Shown here one piece after another: positions 37,058 through 45,659 of a stretch of DNA of 64,000 nt. Origin of the DNA: a virus (Duplodnaviria > Caudoviricetes). Below the pieces are notes generated by a model, which saw nothing but the letters and a program-made list of their open reading frames with translations, searched no databases and was not told the DNA's origin. How positions within the stretch are numbered: position 1 is the first letter of the stretch; every line of letters starts with the position of its first letter. The DNA is taken from the IMG/VR virus record IMGVR_UViG_3300046529_000616, positions 3,216 to 67,215 of that record; one strand, written 5' to 3'. The translations under genes and the position numbers were made by a program.

Positions 37058-37252
37058 TTAGTAGCGGTAAGGTCTTCCTTCAGAATGGTATTTTCGAAGC
37101 CGTTCAGCGTGGCAGGTTCGGCATCTGATTCTTACTCCCCCGGTTCTGTAGTCGACTTCAACAATACCGTTCTTTCGGCTGTGGCCTCGATGACATTTTC
37201 GGTTCTTGAGTCGAGCAGCTCTACTGGAAAGGGATTCGGATTTCTTTATCAT
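37058..37252 (-). CDS. Small Zn-finger protein
   Basis: CHRGH...RCRTC motif of the type often attached to HNH nucleases. Confidence 0.5.
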   Translation of the reverse strand: MIKKSESLSSRAARLKNRKCHRGHSRKNGIVEVDYRTGGVRIRCRTCHAERLRKYHSEGRPYRY

Positions 37253-37791
37253 TTCCAATACTCCATGATCGAACCAAGGTTCGTTAGCATTTGCTCCGGG
37301 GTTGAGTCGTTAACGATCGCCCCGTCGTAAGAGATTTCGAGATATTCTTTCTCTGAAGCGTGGGTTCCGGGGCCGGTGCCGGGACGGGTTATCAGAATCA
37401 CTTTTCCATTGAAGTTCCGTACTGCTCTTGCTTCGTGAAGAAAGCGAAGATCGTCGACGAGAATCTTGGTCCCGGAAGGATAAGATCTGATGTTCCTTTT
37501 CCAGGCTTCGGTCCAAAGTTCCTTGTCGACAAGATTGCGCCATTCGGTGCCGAGAGTCTGCATCGCCCAGCGGGGTGTTTGGCCGCAGAGAAATTCGGTT
37601 CGGGTTTCTTTCAGATCGCCGTTGAGCATTTGGTCGACGGAATGATTGTCGGCGCCCTGGTAGAGAAGCAAGGTTCGCATCATCGACTTGATTGGTTGGG
37701 CGAAGCCGGTGCGTTTCCAACCGACATTAACAAGCAAATTGGCAAGGGTGGACTTGCCTGAGCCTTTCGGGCCGGCTATTCCGAGGATCAT
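37249..37791 (-). CDS. Deoxynucleoside monophosphate kinase
   Basis: ILGIAGPKGSGKST, FAQPIK, TPRWAMQTLGTEW and VDDLRF motifs; true start ATG 37791. Confidence 0.9.
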   Translation of the reverse strand: MILGIAGPKGSGKSTLANLLVNVGWKRTGFAQPIKSMMRTLLLYQGADNHSVDQMLNGDLKETRTEFLCGQTPRWAMQTLGTEWRNLVDKELWTEAWKRNIRSYPSGTKILVDDLRFLHEARAVRNFNGKVILITRPGTGPGTHASEKEYLEISYDGAIVNDSTPEQMLTNLGSIMEYWK

Positions 37792-37802
37792 GGAACTGAC
37801 TC

Positions 37803-38132
37803 CTATTCTGGATTCTTGCCGATCCGGCGATACTCCACTGGGATTTTCGACTTGTTTGCCCTGTCGATTCCGGTTTGCATTCCGTCGGAGACGCCGTAGT
37901 CGACATAAGCGACTGTGAGTTCCGCTACCTCCATCCAAGCGAATCCGGCGTTCATTCCTTTCAATCGTTCCTTTGGCTTGGAATCGTTGAGAACTTGGGT
38001 GTATAACAGATGTGATGCACTGGGGGCTTCGCCCCGAGACAGTGAGTCGGCAAGGGCTCGCCGAGCGTAGAGGGTGTTGCGTTCGATGTCGCCGGAATAG
38101 GGCGACTCGATGATGACTCGAAGTAGTTTCAT
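37803..38132 (-). CDS. Nucleoside 2-deoxyribosyltransferase-like fold protein (DUF4406/DUF7768-like)
   Basis: VIIESPYSG...GEAP.ASHLLY...SDGMQ motif common in phage proteins. Confidence 0.55.
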   Translation of the reverse strand: MKLLRVIIESPYSGDIERNTLYARRALADSLSRGEAPSASHLLYTQVLNDSKPKERLKGMNAGFAWMEVAELTVAYVDYGVSDGMQTGIDRANKSKIPVEYRRIGKNPE

Positions 38133-38521
38133 AGCCCTTCCACTTTCTCCAGAATGGTTTCGATGGCGTCGAGTCCGATAAGTTCGCCGAGCCAGGGTTC
38201 GGAACCGAGTCTCCGGTCGTCGTTTTCCCAGAGCCAGAAGACTCTCTTTCCCCTGATCCTGGCCCAGCGGAGTTCTCGGGAAGAAGATTCTCCCAGATAT
38301 CCGTTGACGTTGAGCATGACGACCCCGACCGAATCTTCGATCTTGGCGAAATGCAACAGGTCAAGGGTCCATTTCTGGTCGTCTGTGTACCAGGTCTTTT
38401 CGCCTTCGATGGATGGATAGGTCATCAAGGCAAAGGAATGATGTCCTGCGAGTCCGAGTTGTTTGTTGGTTTCGTGCCAGATTTTCTCGAACCTGGCCGA
38501 GCCGCAGAGAGTAAGAATCAT
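38129..38521 (-). CDS. Second NDT-like fold protein
   Basis: ILTLCGSARF...LHFAKI...NVNGYLGES..REL..A motif. Confidence 0.55.
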   Translation of the reverse strand: MILTLCGSARFEKIWHETNKQLGLAGHHSFALMTYPSIEGEKTWYTDDQKWTLDLLHFAKIEDSVGVVMLNVNGYLGESSSRELRWARIRGKRVFWLWENDDRRLGSEPWLGELIGLDAIETILEKVEGL

Positions 38522-38853
38522 TAGTCTTCTCCGATTTGTAGGTGAGGGGCACCCTTTCGTAAACAGACTTTGTTATATGAACCAATGGTAGCTCCTTCGG
38601 CACTGATGTTTAGATTTTCAGCAAGAAGAAGAAAATAGGCTATTGAGTCGCCAACTTCTTCGACCATCGCAGCATGATAGTCCCGGCTTGGCTCGCGGTT
38701 CTTTTTCTTGATGATGTTGGCGAGTTCGCCGATTTCGCCAACAAGGGCTGTGAGCCAATCGGAACGGGTCCAATTCTGGCATTCGGGAAACAGTTCCCGA
38801 CTTCTCGCTGCCATCTTGATTTGAAGATCGTCGAGAGACATAACTGGTCGCAT
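38521..38853 (-). CDS. mazG: MazG-like nucleotide pyrophosphohydrolase
   Basis: LVGEIGELANIIKK...EEVGD EXXE motifs. Confidence 0.8.
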   Translation of the reverse strand: MRPVMSLDDLQIKMAARSRELFPECQNWTRSDWLTALVGEIGELANIIKKKNREPSRDYHAAMVEEVGDSIAYFLLLAENLNISAEGATIGSYNKVCLRKGAPHLQIGED

Positions 38854-38856
38854 GAG

Positions 38857-39045
38857 TCAGATCCTTCCGTTTGCCACTAGGGCATGGAGAAAGTTCGTCA
38901 ATTCTTGCTCATACACCCGGCGAAATTCGGGGTATGAGTCGTCAACGATCGGGGGTAAAGAAACAAAGGCTTTGTTGAGTCTTCTCAACGCCGCGAACTC
39001 GTTGCGTTGGGCTTCCATTCTGGGATCAACAGGTTGAACGCTCAT
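38857..39045 (-). CDS. Hypothetical protein
   Basis: AAGGAG RBS; 62 aa. Confidence 0.55.
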   Translation of the reverse strand: MSVQPVDPRMEAQRNEFAALRRLNKAFVSLPPIVDDSYPEFRRVYEQELTNFLHALVANGRI

Positions 39046-39057
39046 GTTGGAGTCTCC

Positions 39058-39555
39058 TTAAAACAGATCTTCCAGAATAGCTTCCACAACAACTTTGTAT
39101 GTTGGGAATTTGGCTTTTAGTTTAGCCAAATGTTCGCTGTGTCTGTAATTCTCCAAATACACTGTCAATCTTTTCTCGCGAACGTCTTTCAAGAATTCTT
39201 CCGTTAGAATCCAGGTTTTGGTTAGGGGGTCATAGGCGACTCGGCATATGCCCACGTCGAAGTGACTAAGAACTTCAAGAACATCGTTTCTGTCGAATCT
39301 GTGTTGTATTATTTGAAATTTTGCGTCGTTTTCTATAACATCCTTACAACGAAATCCAGTTTTGTATTCCTGGAATCCTTCAGATTCTGAATTGGACTCT
39401 GAGTCAAGATTGAATCCTGGAATGAAGATGTCTACGTCGGCTATAGGAAGCCCTAGAATAAGGTCTCTACACGCACCACCAGCAATAATTCCGCCGACTT
39501 CTAGCGCTTTATCACACCAGTTGGTTGGGAGAGTAGTAGGGATCATGAGAGTCAT
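39058..39555 (-). CDS. Nucleotidyltransferase (CCA/poly(A) polymerase head-like)
   Basis: IAGGACRDL...ADVDIF and FDVGIC motifs; no body/tail domain. Confidence 0.75.
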   Translation of the reverse strand: MTLMIPTTLPTNWCDKALEVGGIIAGGACRDLILGLPIADVDIFIPGFNLDSESNSESEGFQEYKTGFRCKDVIENDAKFQIIQHRFDRNDVLEVLSHFDVGICRVAYDPLTKTWILTEEFLKDVREKRLTVYLENYRHSEHLAKLKAKFPTYKVVVEAILEDLF

Positions 39556-39568
39556 TGAGAGAGTTCCT

Positions 39569-41080
39569 TTAGTTGATTCTGATTCCTTGGAGTCCTTTGG
39601 GGTTCCAATCTTCTCGACTACCATCCTCAAGTAAGCGAAACCTGTGAGCCCAGTTGTACCCGGCTACGGCTTCGCCGGGAATGGTCATGGAACGGTTGGC
39701 GAACTTCTGGGTGACTTGGATGCAGTCGAGAGCTTGTCGGAGCCAGTCCTGTTCCTCGGTTTCGTTGGTTTCCGGCATCTGGAAATACACGGCGTCATGT
39801 AGCTGACTCAGAATTTGGACCGGGCCTGTGCCCATCTTTTTCCAGAGACGGTAGAGTCCGAGGTTGAGACAGTCGCCCGTGGCGGACTGGAACAAGTACG
39901 CTATTCCGCCCTTTAGTGTGTCTGGGTCGTTCGGCCTGTCGAAGAAGTCTCGCTTTCTTCCAAAGGAATTGACCAAGAATCTTTCCCGCTGAAGTTGTTG
40001 CGCTACCCATTCGTGCATCCGACGAATACATGGAAATGCTGTGAAGTATCTTTCCTGAAATTCCTCGACTAAGTTCTGTGGGATTCGAGTTTGTCGAGAG
40101 ATTTCTCTAGGTGAGCCATAATAATTAGTAGCGTGACCGAGCCGTTTCGAAGCATCACGGAACGTAAATAGCCGATAGAACCGCCTTTCGGCAATTTGGC
40201 GATCCTTTTTAAGATCGCCCGTCCAATCCCAATCTGGGTACAATAGACGCGTAACCGCAGTATGCAAATCTCCAGACTCACACGCGTCCAGATAGCTCCA
40301 ATCACCAAACATAATGCCACAGAACCAGCCCACATCGCGCGCTTCAGATTGCGCTTTGTCGATCCCGTAGAGTTTGAATCCGAGGTCGGGAATAAAGACA
40401 CGGCGAAGCTCCTCGGTTATGTTTTGGAAGTTGTTTCCGGTCTGTTTCCAGGCTTGGGACTCTTCGACGAAGGCCATGAAGGGGGATTTTGACGAAGAGA
40501 ACCGGCCTGTAGTCGTTCCACCGATGTTGTAGGAACACCTCCATCGCCAGTCGGGGTCGATTTGAGTTTCAAGAACCTGAAGGGATTTCTTTAGATCTCG
40601 GTCGAGAAGAATTGCGTTGATGATGGGTTCGGCAAACTGGTCGGAAAGGGACAACTTTTCTAAAGTTTCCCGGTTCATGGGGCGTTTAACTTCGCCGTCG
40701 AGAACTCGCTCAATCGGTTTGAGTCCCATTCGGGAATAGAAAAGCTCTTGGAGTTGTTTCGGCGAGTTGGAAAGTTTGTTGGTATAGGATGCTCCAGTGG
40801 CGCTGACGAAGGCGGAAAGAATCCGTTCAAGGGAGTCTTGTTTTTCTTTCAGAATGATGATTGCGTTTTCTCTTTCGTGCATGTCAACCCGGAAACCACG
40901 ACCCATCATTTCGAGGACCGGGCCTTGCATGGCGCGTTCGAGGTCATAGATCAGCGTGTCGTTTTCCCTTAACGCTTCGCGAGCCTGATCTATCTCGAAC
41001 GTGAGAGCACAGTCGTAACCATTATAGACAGCCTGATTGCCAGCGTCGATAGGTAGGTCGTGTGCCTGTATAACTGGCAT
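39569..41080 (-). CDS. polA: Family A DNA polymerase, polymerase subunit (includes ExoIII only)
   Basis: TTGRFSS, motif A DKAQSEAR, motif B RDASKRLGHATNYYG, motif C QLHDAV; N-terminal YNGYD. Confidence 0.9.
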   Translation of the reverse strand: MPVIQAHDLPIDAGNQAVYNGYDCALTFEIDQAREALRENDTLIYDLERAMQGPVLEMMGRGFRVDMHERENAIIILKEKQDSLERILSAFVSATGASYTNKLSNSPKQLQELFYSRMGLKPIERVLDGEVKRPMNRETLEKLSLSDQFAEPIINAILLDRDLKKSLQVLETQIDPDWRWRCSYNIGGTTTGRFSSSKSPFMAFVEESQAWKQTGNNFQNITEELRRVFIPDLGFKLYGIDKAQSEARDVGWFCGIMFGDWSYLDACESGDLHTAVTRLLYPDWDWTGDLKKDRQIAERRFYRLFTFRDASKRLGHATNYYGSPREISRQTRIPQNLVEEFQERYFTAFPCIRRMHEWVAQQLQRERFLVNSFGRKRDFFDRPNDPDTLKGGIAYLFQSATGDCLNLGLYRLWKKMGTGPVQILSQLHDAVYFQMPETNETEEQDWLRQALDCIQVTQKFANRSMTIPGEAVAGYNWAHRFRLLEDGSREDWNPKGLQGIRIN

Positions 41081-41147
41081 CAAATGCTCTCATTCAAGAG
41101 TTGTTGAGCCTCCCATTGCGACTTCCTGTACCCTAAGTACCGTCGCA

Positions 41148-41666
41148 TCAGGGAATCCCGAGTTCGATTTTGAAGGCCCGGACGAGGAATGTCTTACATG
41201 CAAGAAAGATTCCCGGATTGGTGCGTTCTCTGTTTCCAGCGACGTTTAAGGTGTCCCAGTCTTCGTACTGATTCAACCAGACTCGAAACGGTTCGGTTGC
41301 TGAGAACCAGTCGTCGTCGGTAATTGGTATGGCTTGGCGCGGCACCCAGGGAACGAAGAAATGGTCCTTGCCATGTTTGAAACAGAGACGTTGAGTCAGT
41401 TTCGTTCCAGGAGAATGCAAGTTGCCAAAGAGAAAGGTCGCCCCGGAAATTTGGACGTTGAGTTCTGTCCTGGGAGGGTAGGAAAAGCTTTCATGCTCTT
41501 TCATGTTGTAGAGTTGTTTGAAGTCGAGTCTTGCGCCGTCGTCGGTACGGAAACCTTTTGGCATCCAACCGCCAGTTTCAAGGCCAAGTTCTTTTCCGGC
41601 TGCGAGTCCGGCTTGGTCGGCCCCCGTTTGTCCGCCAGAGATGATTTTGGTAACATGAAACGGCAT
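41148..41666 (-). CDS. SLOG-superfamily (cpYpsA / 'putative molybdenum carrier') protein
   Basis: KIISGGQTGADQAGL...GGWMPKG, YPPRTELNV and LNVAGNRE motifs. Confidence 0.8.
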   Translation of the reverse strand: MPFHVTKIISGGQTGADQAGLAAGKELGLETGGWMPKGFRTDDGARLDFKQLYNMKEHESFSYPPRTELNVQISGATFLFGNLHSPGTKLTQRLCFKHGKDHFFVPWVPRQAIPITDDDWFSATEPFRVWLNQYEDWDTLNVAGNRERTNPGIFLACKTFLVRAFKIELGIP

Positions 41667-41731
41667 TCGGAGTTCCTTGTTAGATTTCAAATCTAAGAAA
41701 CTTGTCTTCGTTGAGATGGCGAAATTTTTCA

Positions 41732-41935
41732 CTAGATGAGTCCCTTATCTTTCGCCAACCATTCAGGCATGGTCATGGTTCCAGAGAATGGTTTGCGATC
41801 GCTCTCATCCCATTCGACTTGAGATTTTGGCAGCCAGACGGTAGTTGTTCCGTCATAGAAGCGGAACGCCTTTTCGGTTTCGTAGGGAGTTACGAGTTCG
41901 CCGGCAATGTCGACAAGGGAGGAAGACATTTTCAA
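41732..41935 (-). CDS. Conserved phage hypothetical protein
   Basis: ETEKA...VWLPKSQV...MPEWLAKDKGLI, a recurrent phage motif. Confidence 0.65.
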   Translation of the reverse strand: MKMSSSLVDIAGELVTPYETEKAFRFYDGTTTVWLPKSQVEWDESDRKPFSGTMTMPEWLAKDKGLI

Positions 41936-41940
41936 AGCTC

Positions 41941-42141
41941 CTAAACTGCAAGTTTGAAAAGCTGACGAAGTTTCTCATAGCTCTCGGGAGTTAAAGCAGA
42001 AATGGTTGTTTTGAGTTCTGCGTCGGAGCGGAAGTGGAATGTTGCTGTGTCGTGAGATAAAACAACGATTGCCACTTCGTCGAGGTTGACGTAGGTCTTG
42101 GTTGTAGATGTTCCGGTGCTTAGTTCGAGAAACCTGGCCAT
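41941..42141 (-). CDS. Hypothetical protein
   Basis: GGAG RBS; YVNLDEVAIV. Confidence 0.6.
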   Translation of the reverse strand: MARFLELSTGTSTTKTYVNLDEVAIVVLSHDTATFHFRSDAELKTTISALTPESYEKLRQLFKLAV

Positions 42142-42150
42142 TGGAGTCTC

Positions 42151-43452
42151 CTATTCGTCTCGTTTCAGATTGTCGGCACGGCTCATTTGTTTCCAGGCGA
42201 TGTCGTTGGCGTAGATAGAGCCCAGGTATCCGAGAGTCTTTGGAAGCTCTGGATATCTCGAATGATGCCAGAGCATTGTGTCGTGAGCAGCGTTTCGAGG
42301 ATGGATGCCCATTCGGATGAAATGACTCATGTCATAAACGCCATTTTGGAAAATTTTTTCACAGTCCGACTCTTCGATTTCCTGAACCAGTTTCCAGGCT
42401 TGGAACTCTAGGTTCTCGTTCTGCCAGAAGTTGATCCCGTTTTCTGGAAAGCCTATCGAGGCAGCTATCCGTCCGATGTCGATGATTTTTCCGTCTTTGG
42501 TATGAGCATCACGGAAAGGAATGACCAAGGCGTTGGAAGGACTTGAGGCAAAGCCAACGATGGAAATTTGACCTCTAAGGGTTTCAATATCGTTTGCAAG
42601 TTTCCGATGACGATTAGAGTCGATCCAGGCTCGTATTTTATGGAGACCGTCCTGAGTTGGAGCGGGAATGGTTATGAAACGAAAGGGGCGTCGGATCTCC
42701 GGAAAGTTCCGCTCCCGAGAAGCCTTTTGGAAGTCGGCAATGGAAGTAACGCGGAGCTTGTTGTTTCTGAGAACTGCGGCGGGATGAAAACTGGGGAGAA
42801 CTTTAAAGTCCAATCCAGTTAATTCTGTGTTGGTCCTGGAAACTGTGCCTCGAAGAGTGGTGATCTTTGTCTGACCTAAAAGCGCCCAACAGGCAGCATT
42901 TCCCAAGGCTACGATCAACGTTGGGTTTAAGTCCCCAAGTCTCGCCCAGAGGGGTTTGACGTGTTTCTGGTAAAATTCATCCTTCACGTGAGTTCCGCGG
43001 GAATGTTGACTCGCTTTCCACGGCGGCATTGGAGTCTCTTTTTCGGTTGAAAAGAACCAGCCGAGATCGTTGGATCGAATACTTTTTGATTTACAGTCCT
43101 TGCAGCTTGGCTTTCCGAAGAGGTTGATATTGTGACTTCCGCAGTTGTTACAAACTTCCGGTGGATGTTCGTTGAAGACGTTGGTAACGAACAAATCCTG
43201 CGTCTGTTGCATCACTTTCCAATGATGAACCAGGTTGAGTTCATTTGGCCAAGTGTATTCGTGGCAGAAGGTACACCTTCCGTCGAGGAACTCTGTCTCT
43301 CTCTTACATTCCCGACAAAGAAGTTTCATGTACGGGGCGAAGTTGGCCGCACCGAGTTGGAGAGTGAGTTCCCTTCCTGTTGGACCGACAAGGGCGTGTT
43401 GAAGCTGGGCTTCTCTTCTTCCCCACGCCTCACCGACGAATACAGTCCTCAC
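42151..43452 (-). CDS. Uracil-DNA glycosylase (family 4-like, with Zn-ribbon insertions) fused to the N-terminal part of the PolA 3'-5' exonuclease
   Basis: FVGEAWG...E, VALGNAA and FHPAAVLR (UDG); then NDIET (ExoI), QNGVYD (ExoII) and HDTM. Confidence 0.8.
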   Translation of the reverse strand: MRTVFVGEAWGRREAQLQHALVGPTGRELTLQLGAANFAPYMKLLCRECKRETEFLDGRCTFCHEYTWPNELNLVHHWKVMQQTQDLFVTNVFNEHPPEVCNNCGSHNINLFGKPSCKDCKSKSIRSNDLGWFFSTEKETPMPPWKASQHSRGTHVKDEFYQKHVKPLWARLGDLNPTLIVALGNAACWALLGQTKITTLRGTVSRTNTELTGLDFKVLPSFHPAAVLRNNKLRVTSIADFQKASRERNFPEIRRPFRFITIPAPTQDGLHKIRAWIDSNRHRKLANDIETLRGQISIVGFASSPSNALVIPFRDAHTKDGKIIDIGRIAASIGFPENGINFWQNENLEFQAWKLVQEIEESDCEKIFQNGVYDMSHFIRMGIHPRNAAHDTMLWHHSRYPELPKTLGYLGSIYANDIAWKQMSRADNLKRDE

Positions 43453-44894
43453 AACTTGATCCTTCGAAGAATCCGGGCTTGATTTATCGAGGAGTTGGCC
43501 CGTTCAACGTAGTCTTTGTTGGTGTCGAGGCCGAGGATCTTTCTACAGCCGAGTTCTTCTGCTGCTCTCAAGGCAGCGCCAGAGCCACAGGTCGGATCGA
43601 AGACGTCCGTTGTTTCGTCGATGAGCATTCCGAAAAAGTGCTTCAGCATGGGCTCTGATTTCTGACTTGGGTGGATGGCATTATTCGGCAAAGGCGATGG
43701 ATAACAATTCGCCAGGCTTCTGACTAAAGGCCGCCTCCCTCTGGAACACAAAAGGGCAGTTTCATAAACTCGCCGAGGATACTGGTTGTCCCGACCGGGA
43801 ATGATACCAGCGTTGTCGGACTTGAACCAGATGAGAGGATGCCGATGGACAAATAAGCCCACCGAATCAAGTTTGGTTCGGGTAGCCTCATAAAATTCCA
43901 TCGAAAACCAAAACATGATGTGAGCTGAATAGGAAGCAAAGCGGTCGAGATTATGAATGAATCCATCGAGGAGTTCCCAGTAGTTTTTGGATTCGTAGTC
44001 TTCTTCGGTGCTAGAAATACTTTCCGCATAGGCTTTGTATTCAACGTTGTAGGGAAAATCGACATGGATTAGGTTGAACTTCGGGCCGGAATAGGAAGAA
44101 ATCCAGTCGAGAAAATCGGCTTGGATCACGGGGTTCTGAGGCTCTTTTGGAGCTTCAGGAGCCGGCTGGATAGGCGAAACAGGAACATGCTCATGATTTT
44201 TCGGGCTAGGAATAGGGTTAGTTTCTGAGTCAGGAACAAGGCCGGGAGTAAGAAGAATTTCCCCAATTTGTTCAGCTTCTGGACTCGATGCAGGTATAGG
44301 CGTTGGTTCTGGAACTGGTTCTGTTCCGGTTTCGCTAAAAATCTGCTTCCCAGCATTGATGATGTCTCCGAGAATTTGTCCGGTTTTGCGTTCAGCAGCG
44401 AGTTGGAGAAGGTTGTACGCTTGGGAAATGCTTCCGGCATCTTTTAAAATGGGGGAGTCGAGATTCTTTCGGACCATCAGGCAAATTCGAATCCAACGTT
44501 CGGAAGTTGAGATTGCTTCGGCGGTTTTGCTCAAGTCCCAAGTTGGTTCTTCGGCCCGCTTGGTTTCGTGGATTTCGGCAATGCCGAGAATATGGTCCCG
44601 CCACGGGAGTTCGGATCTTTTGATGTTCTCTTCGAGTTCGGCGACTCGGGCTTCGGTTGGGGATAGGTTTTCGATGAAGCGGAAGTGGACATTTTCAATC
44701 AACGGGTTTGTTTCTAGGGCTGTGAGGGCGGCCAGTCGCCGCCCTCCAACGACAAGATGGATTTCGTCGTTTTCTTTTCTCACCACGATCGGTTGAATCA
44801 GTCGGCGCTTTACCGAACTGATGAAATGTTCGTCGATGTCGACAGATTTTCTCTGTCGATTTTTGACGATGATGGAGGAGGGATCGAGGTTCAT
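43449..44894 (-). CDS. ParB-like N-terminal domain fused to an N4/N6 DNA methyltransferase
   Basis: LIQPIVV...LVVGGRRL..., ELEENIKR (ParB); VDFPY, HPSQK and VFDPTCGSG (MTase). Confidence 0.8.
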   Translation of the reverse strand: MNLDPSSIIVKNRQRKSVDIDEHFISSVKRRLIQPIVVRKENDEIHLVVGGRRLAALTALETNPLIENVHFRFIENLSPTEARVAELEENIKRSELPWRDHILGIAEIHETKRAEEPTWDLSKTAEAISTSERWIRICLMVRKNLDSPILKDAGSISQAYNLLQLAAERKTGQILGDIINAGKQIFSETGTEPVPEPTPIPASSPEAEQIGEILLTPGLVPDSETNPIPSPKNHEHVPVSPIQPAPEAPKEPQNPVIQADFLDWISSYSGPKFNLIHVDFPYNVEYKAYAESISSTEEDYESKNYWELLDGFIHNLDRFASYSAHIMFWFSMEFYEATRTKLDSVGLFVHRHPLIWFKSDNAGIIPGRDNQYPRRVYETALLCSRGRRPLVRSLANCYPSPLPNNAIHPSQKSEPMLKHFFGMLIDETTDVFDPTCGSGAALRAAEELGCRKILGLDTNKDYVERANSSINQARILRRIKL

Positions 44895-45577
44895 GATTTT
44901 TTTCCAATTCCTTGAACAAAGAGTCCAGCGATTCGATAGGCAGTTGAGGTCGAGGTTCCAAATAATTCACAAGTTCCTACTACCCATTCAGCAATTCGCT
45001 TATCGGAACTTAGTTCGTTGATTGGCTGAAAGTCAGCAATGTTGGCCGTTTCGCGAAGGACTTCGTTTTCTTCTAAAAGAAGCTCATAGTCTTCTCGAAG
45101 GTTTATATAAACTTGACAGTCCTGTTCGCAGATTCCGACCCTGCTCGCAGGTTGCTCGGGAAGGGCGACAGAACCGGGGCCTGATTTAGAGTCGGGAAGT
45201 ATTTCCCGCTGTAGCATTTCGCCAAGTTTATTGATTGCTTCGTGATAGCCAAGTTTGTCGGAAGTTTTGAGATAGTTAAAAATGTCGCCGCTTGCGCCAC
45301 AACCGAAACAGTGAAATCTTGCCCTACCTGACTTCGCCATGAATAGATGAAAACTTGGAGTCTTTTCTTCATGAAAAGGGCAAAGGCCGAAGTCGGAGTC
45401 GTTGAGAGATACTTTCTCTGCCACTACTATACGGAGAAGATCAAGACTCTTTGTCAACCTTTCTGTTCCAACTGCTTCGCGAAGTACCGGCGGAGATTTT
45501 CCAAACACGTTACTTTCTCCTGAGCGACCTGCGAGAAGGTGTCTGAAACAGGAAGGGACCTCTGGTCCCCACGTCAA
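44891..45577 (-). CDS. Protein with stand-alone DnaG-type CHC2 zinc finger
   Basis: GLCPFHEEKTPSF...FHCFGCGASGDIF; no TOPRIM domain follows. The start is uncertain. Confidence 0.7.
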   Translation of the reverse strand: MTWGPEVPSCFRHLLAGRSGESNVFGKSPPVLREAVGTERLTKSLDLLRIVVAEKVSLNDSDFGLCPFHEEKTPSFHLFMAKSGRARFHCFGCGASGDIFNYLKTSDKLGYHEAINKLGEMLQREILPDSKSGPGSVALPEQPASRVGICEQDCQVYINLREDYELLLEENEVLRETANIADFQPINELSSDKRIAEWVVGTCELFGTSTSTAYRIAGLFVQGIGKKS

Positions 45578-45659
45578 GCCTGGTTACGATCACGGGTCCG
45601 CGGCTTTCCGTTGCCGACTCAGGAACTGTCCCCCGGCAGCTCCGAGTAGGGTAGTGACT

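Noticed and set aside
37792-38364. Long N-terminal extension of the dNMP kinase ORF
   Set aside because: Overlaps two well-formed genes in other frames; kinase motifs start at ATG 37791.
39569-43452. Split intein or intron joining the polymerase halves
   Set aside because: No intein terminal motifs (N-terminal Cys, C-terminal His-Asn), homing endonuclease or group I core elements recognised.
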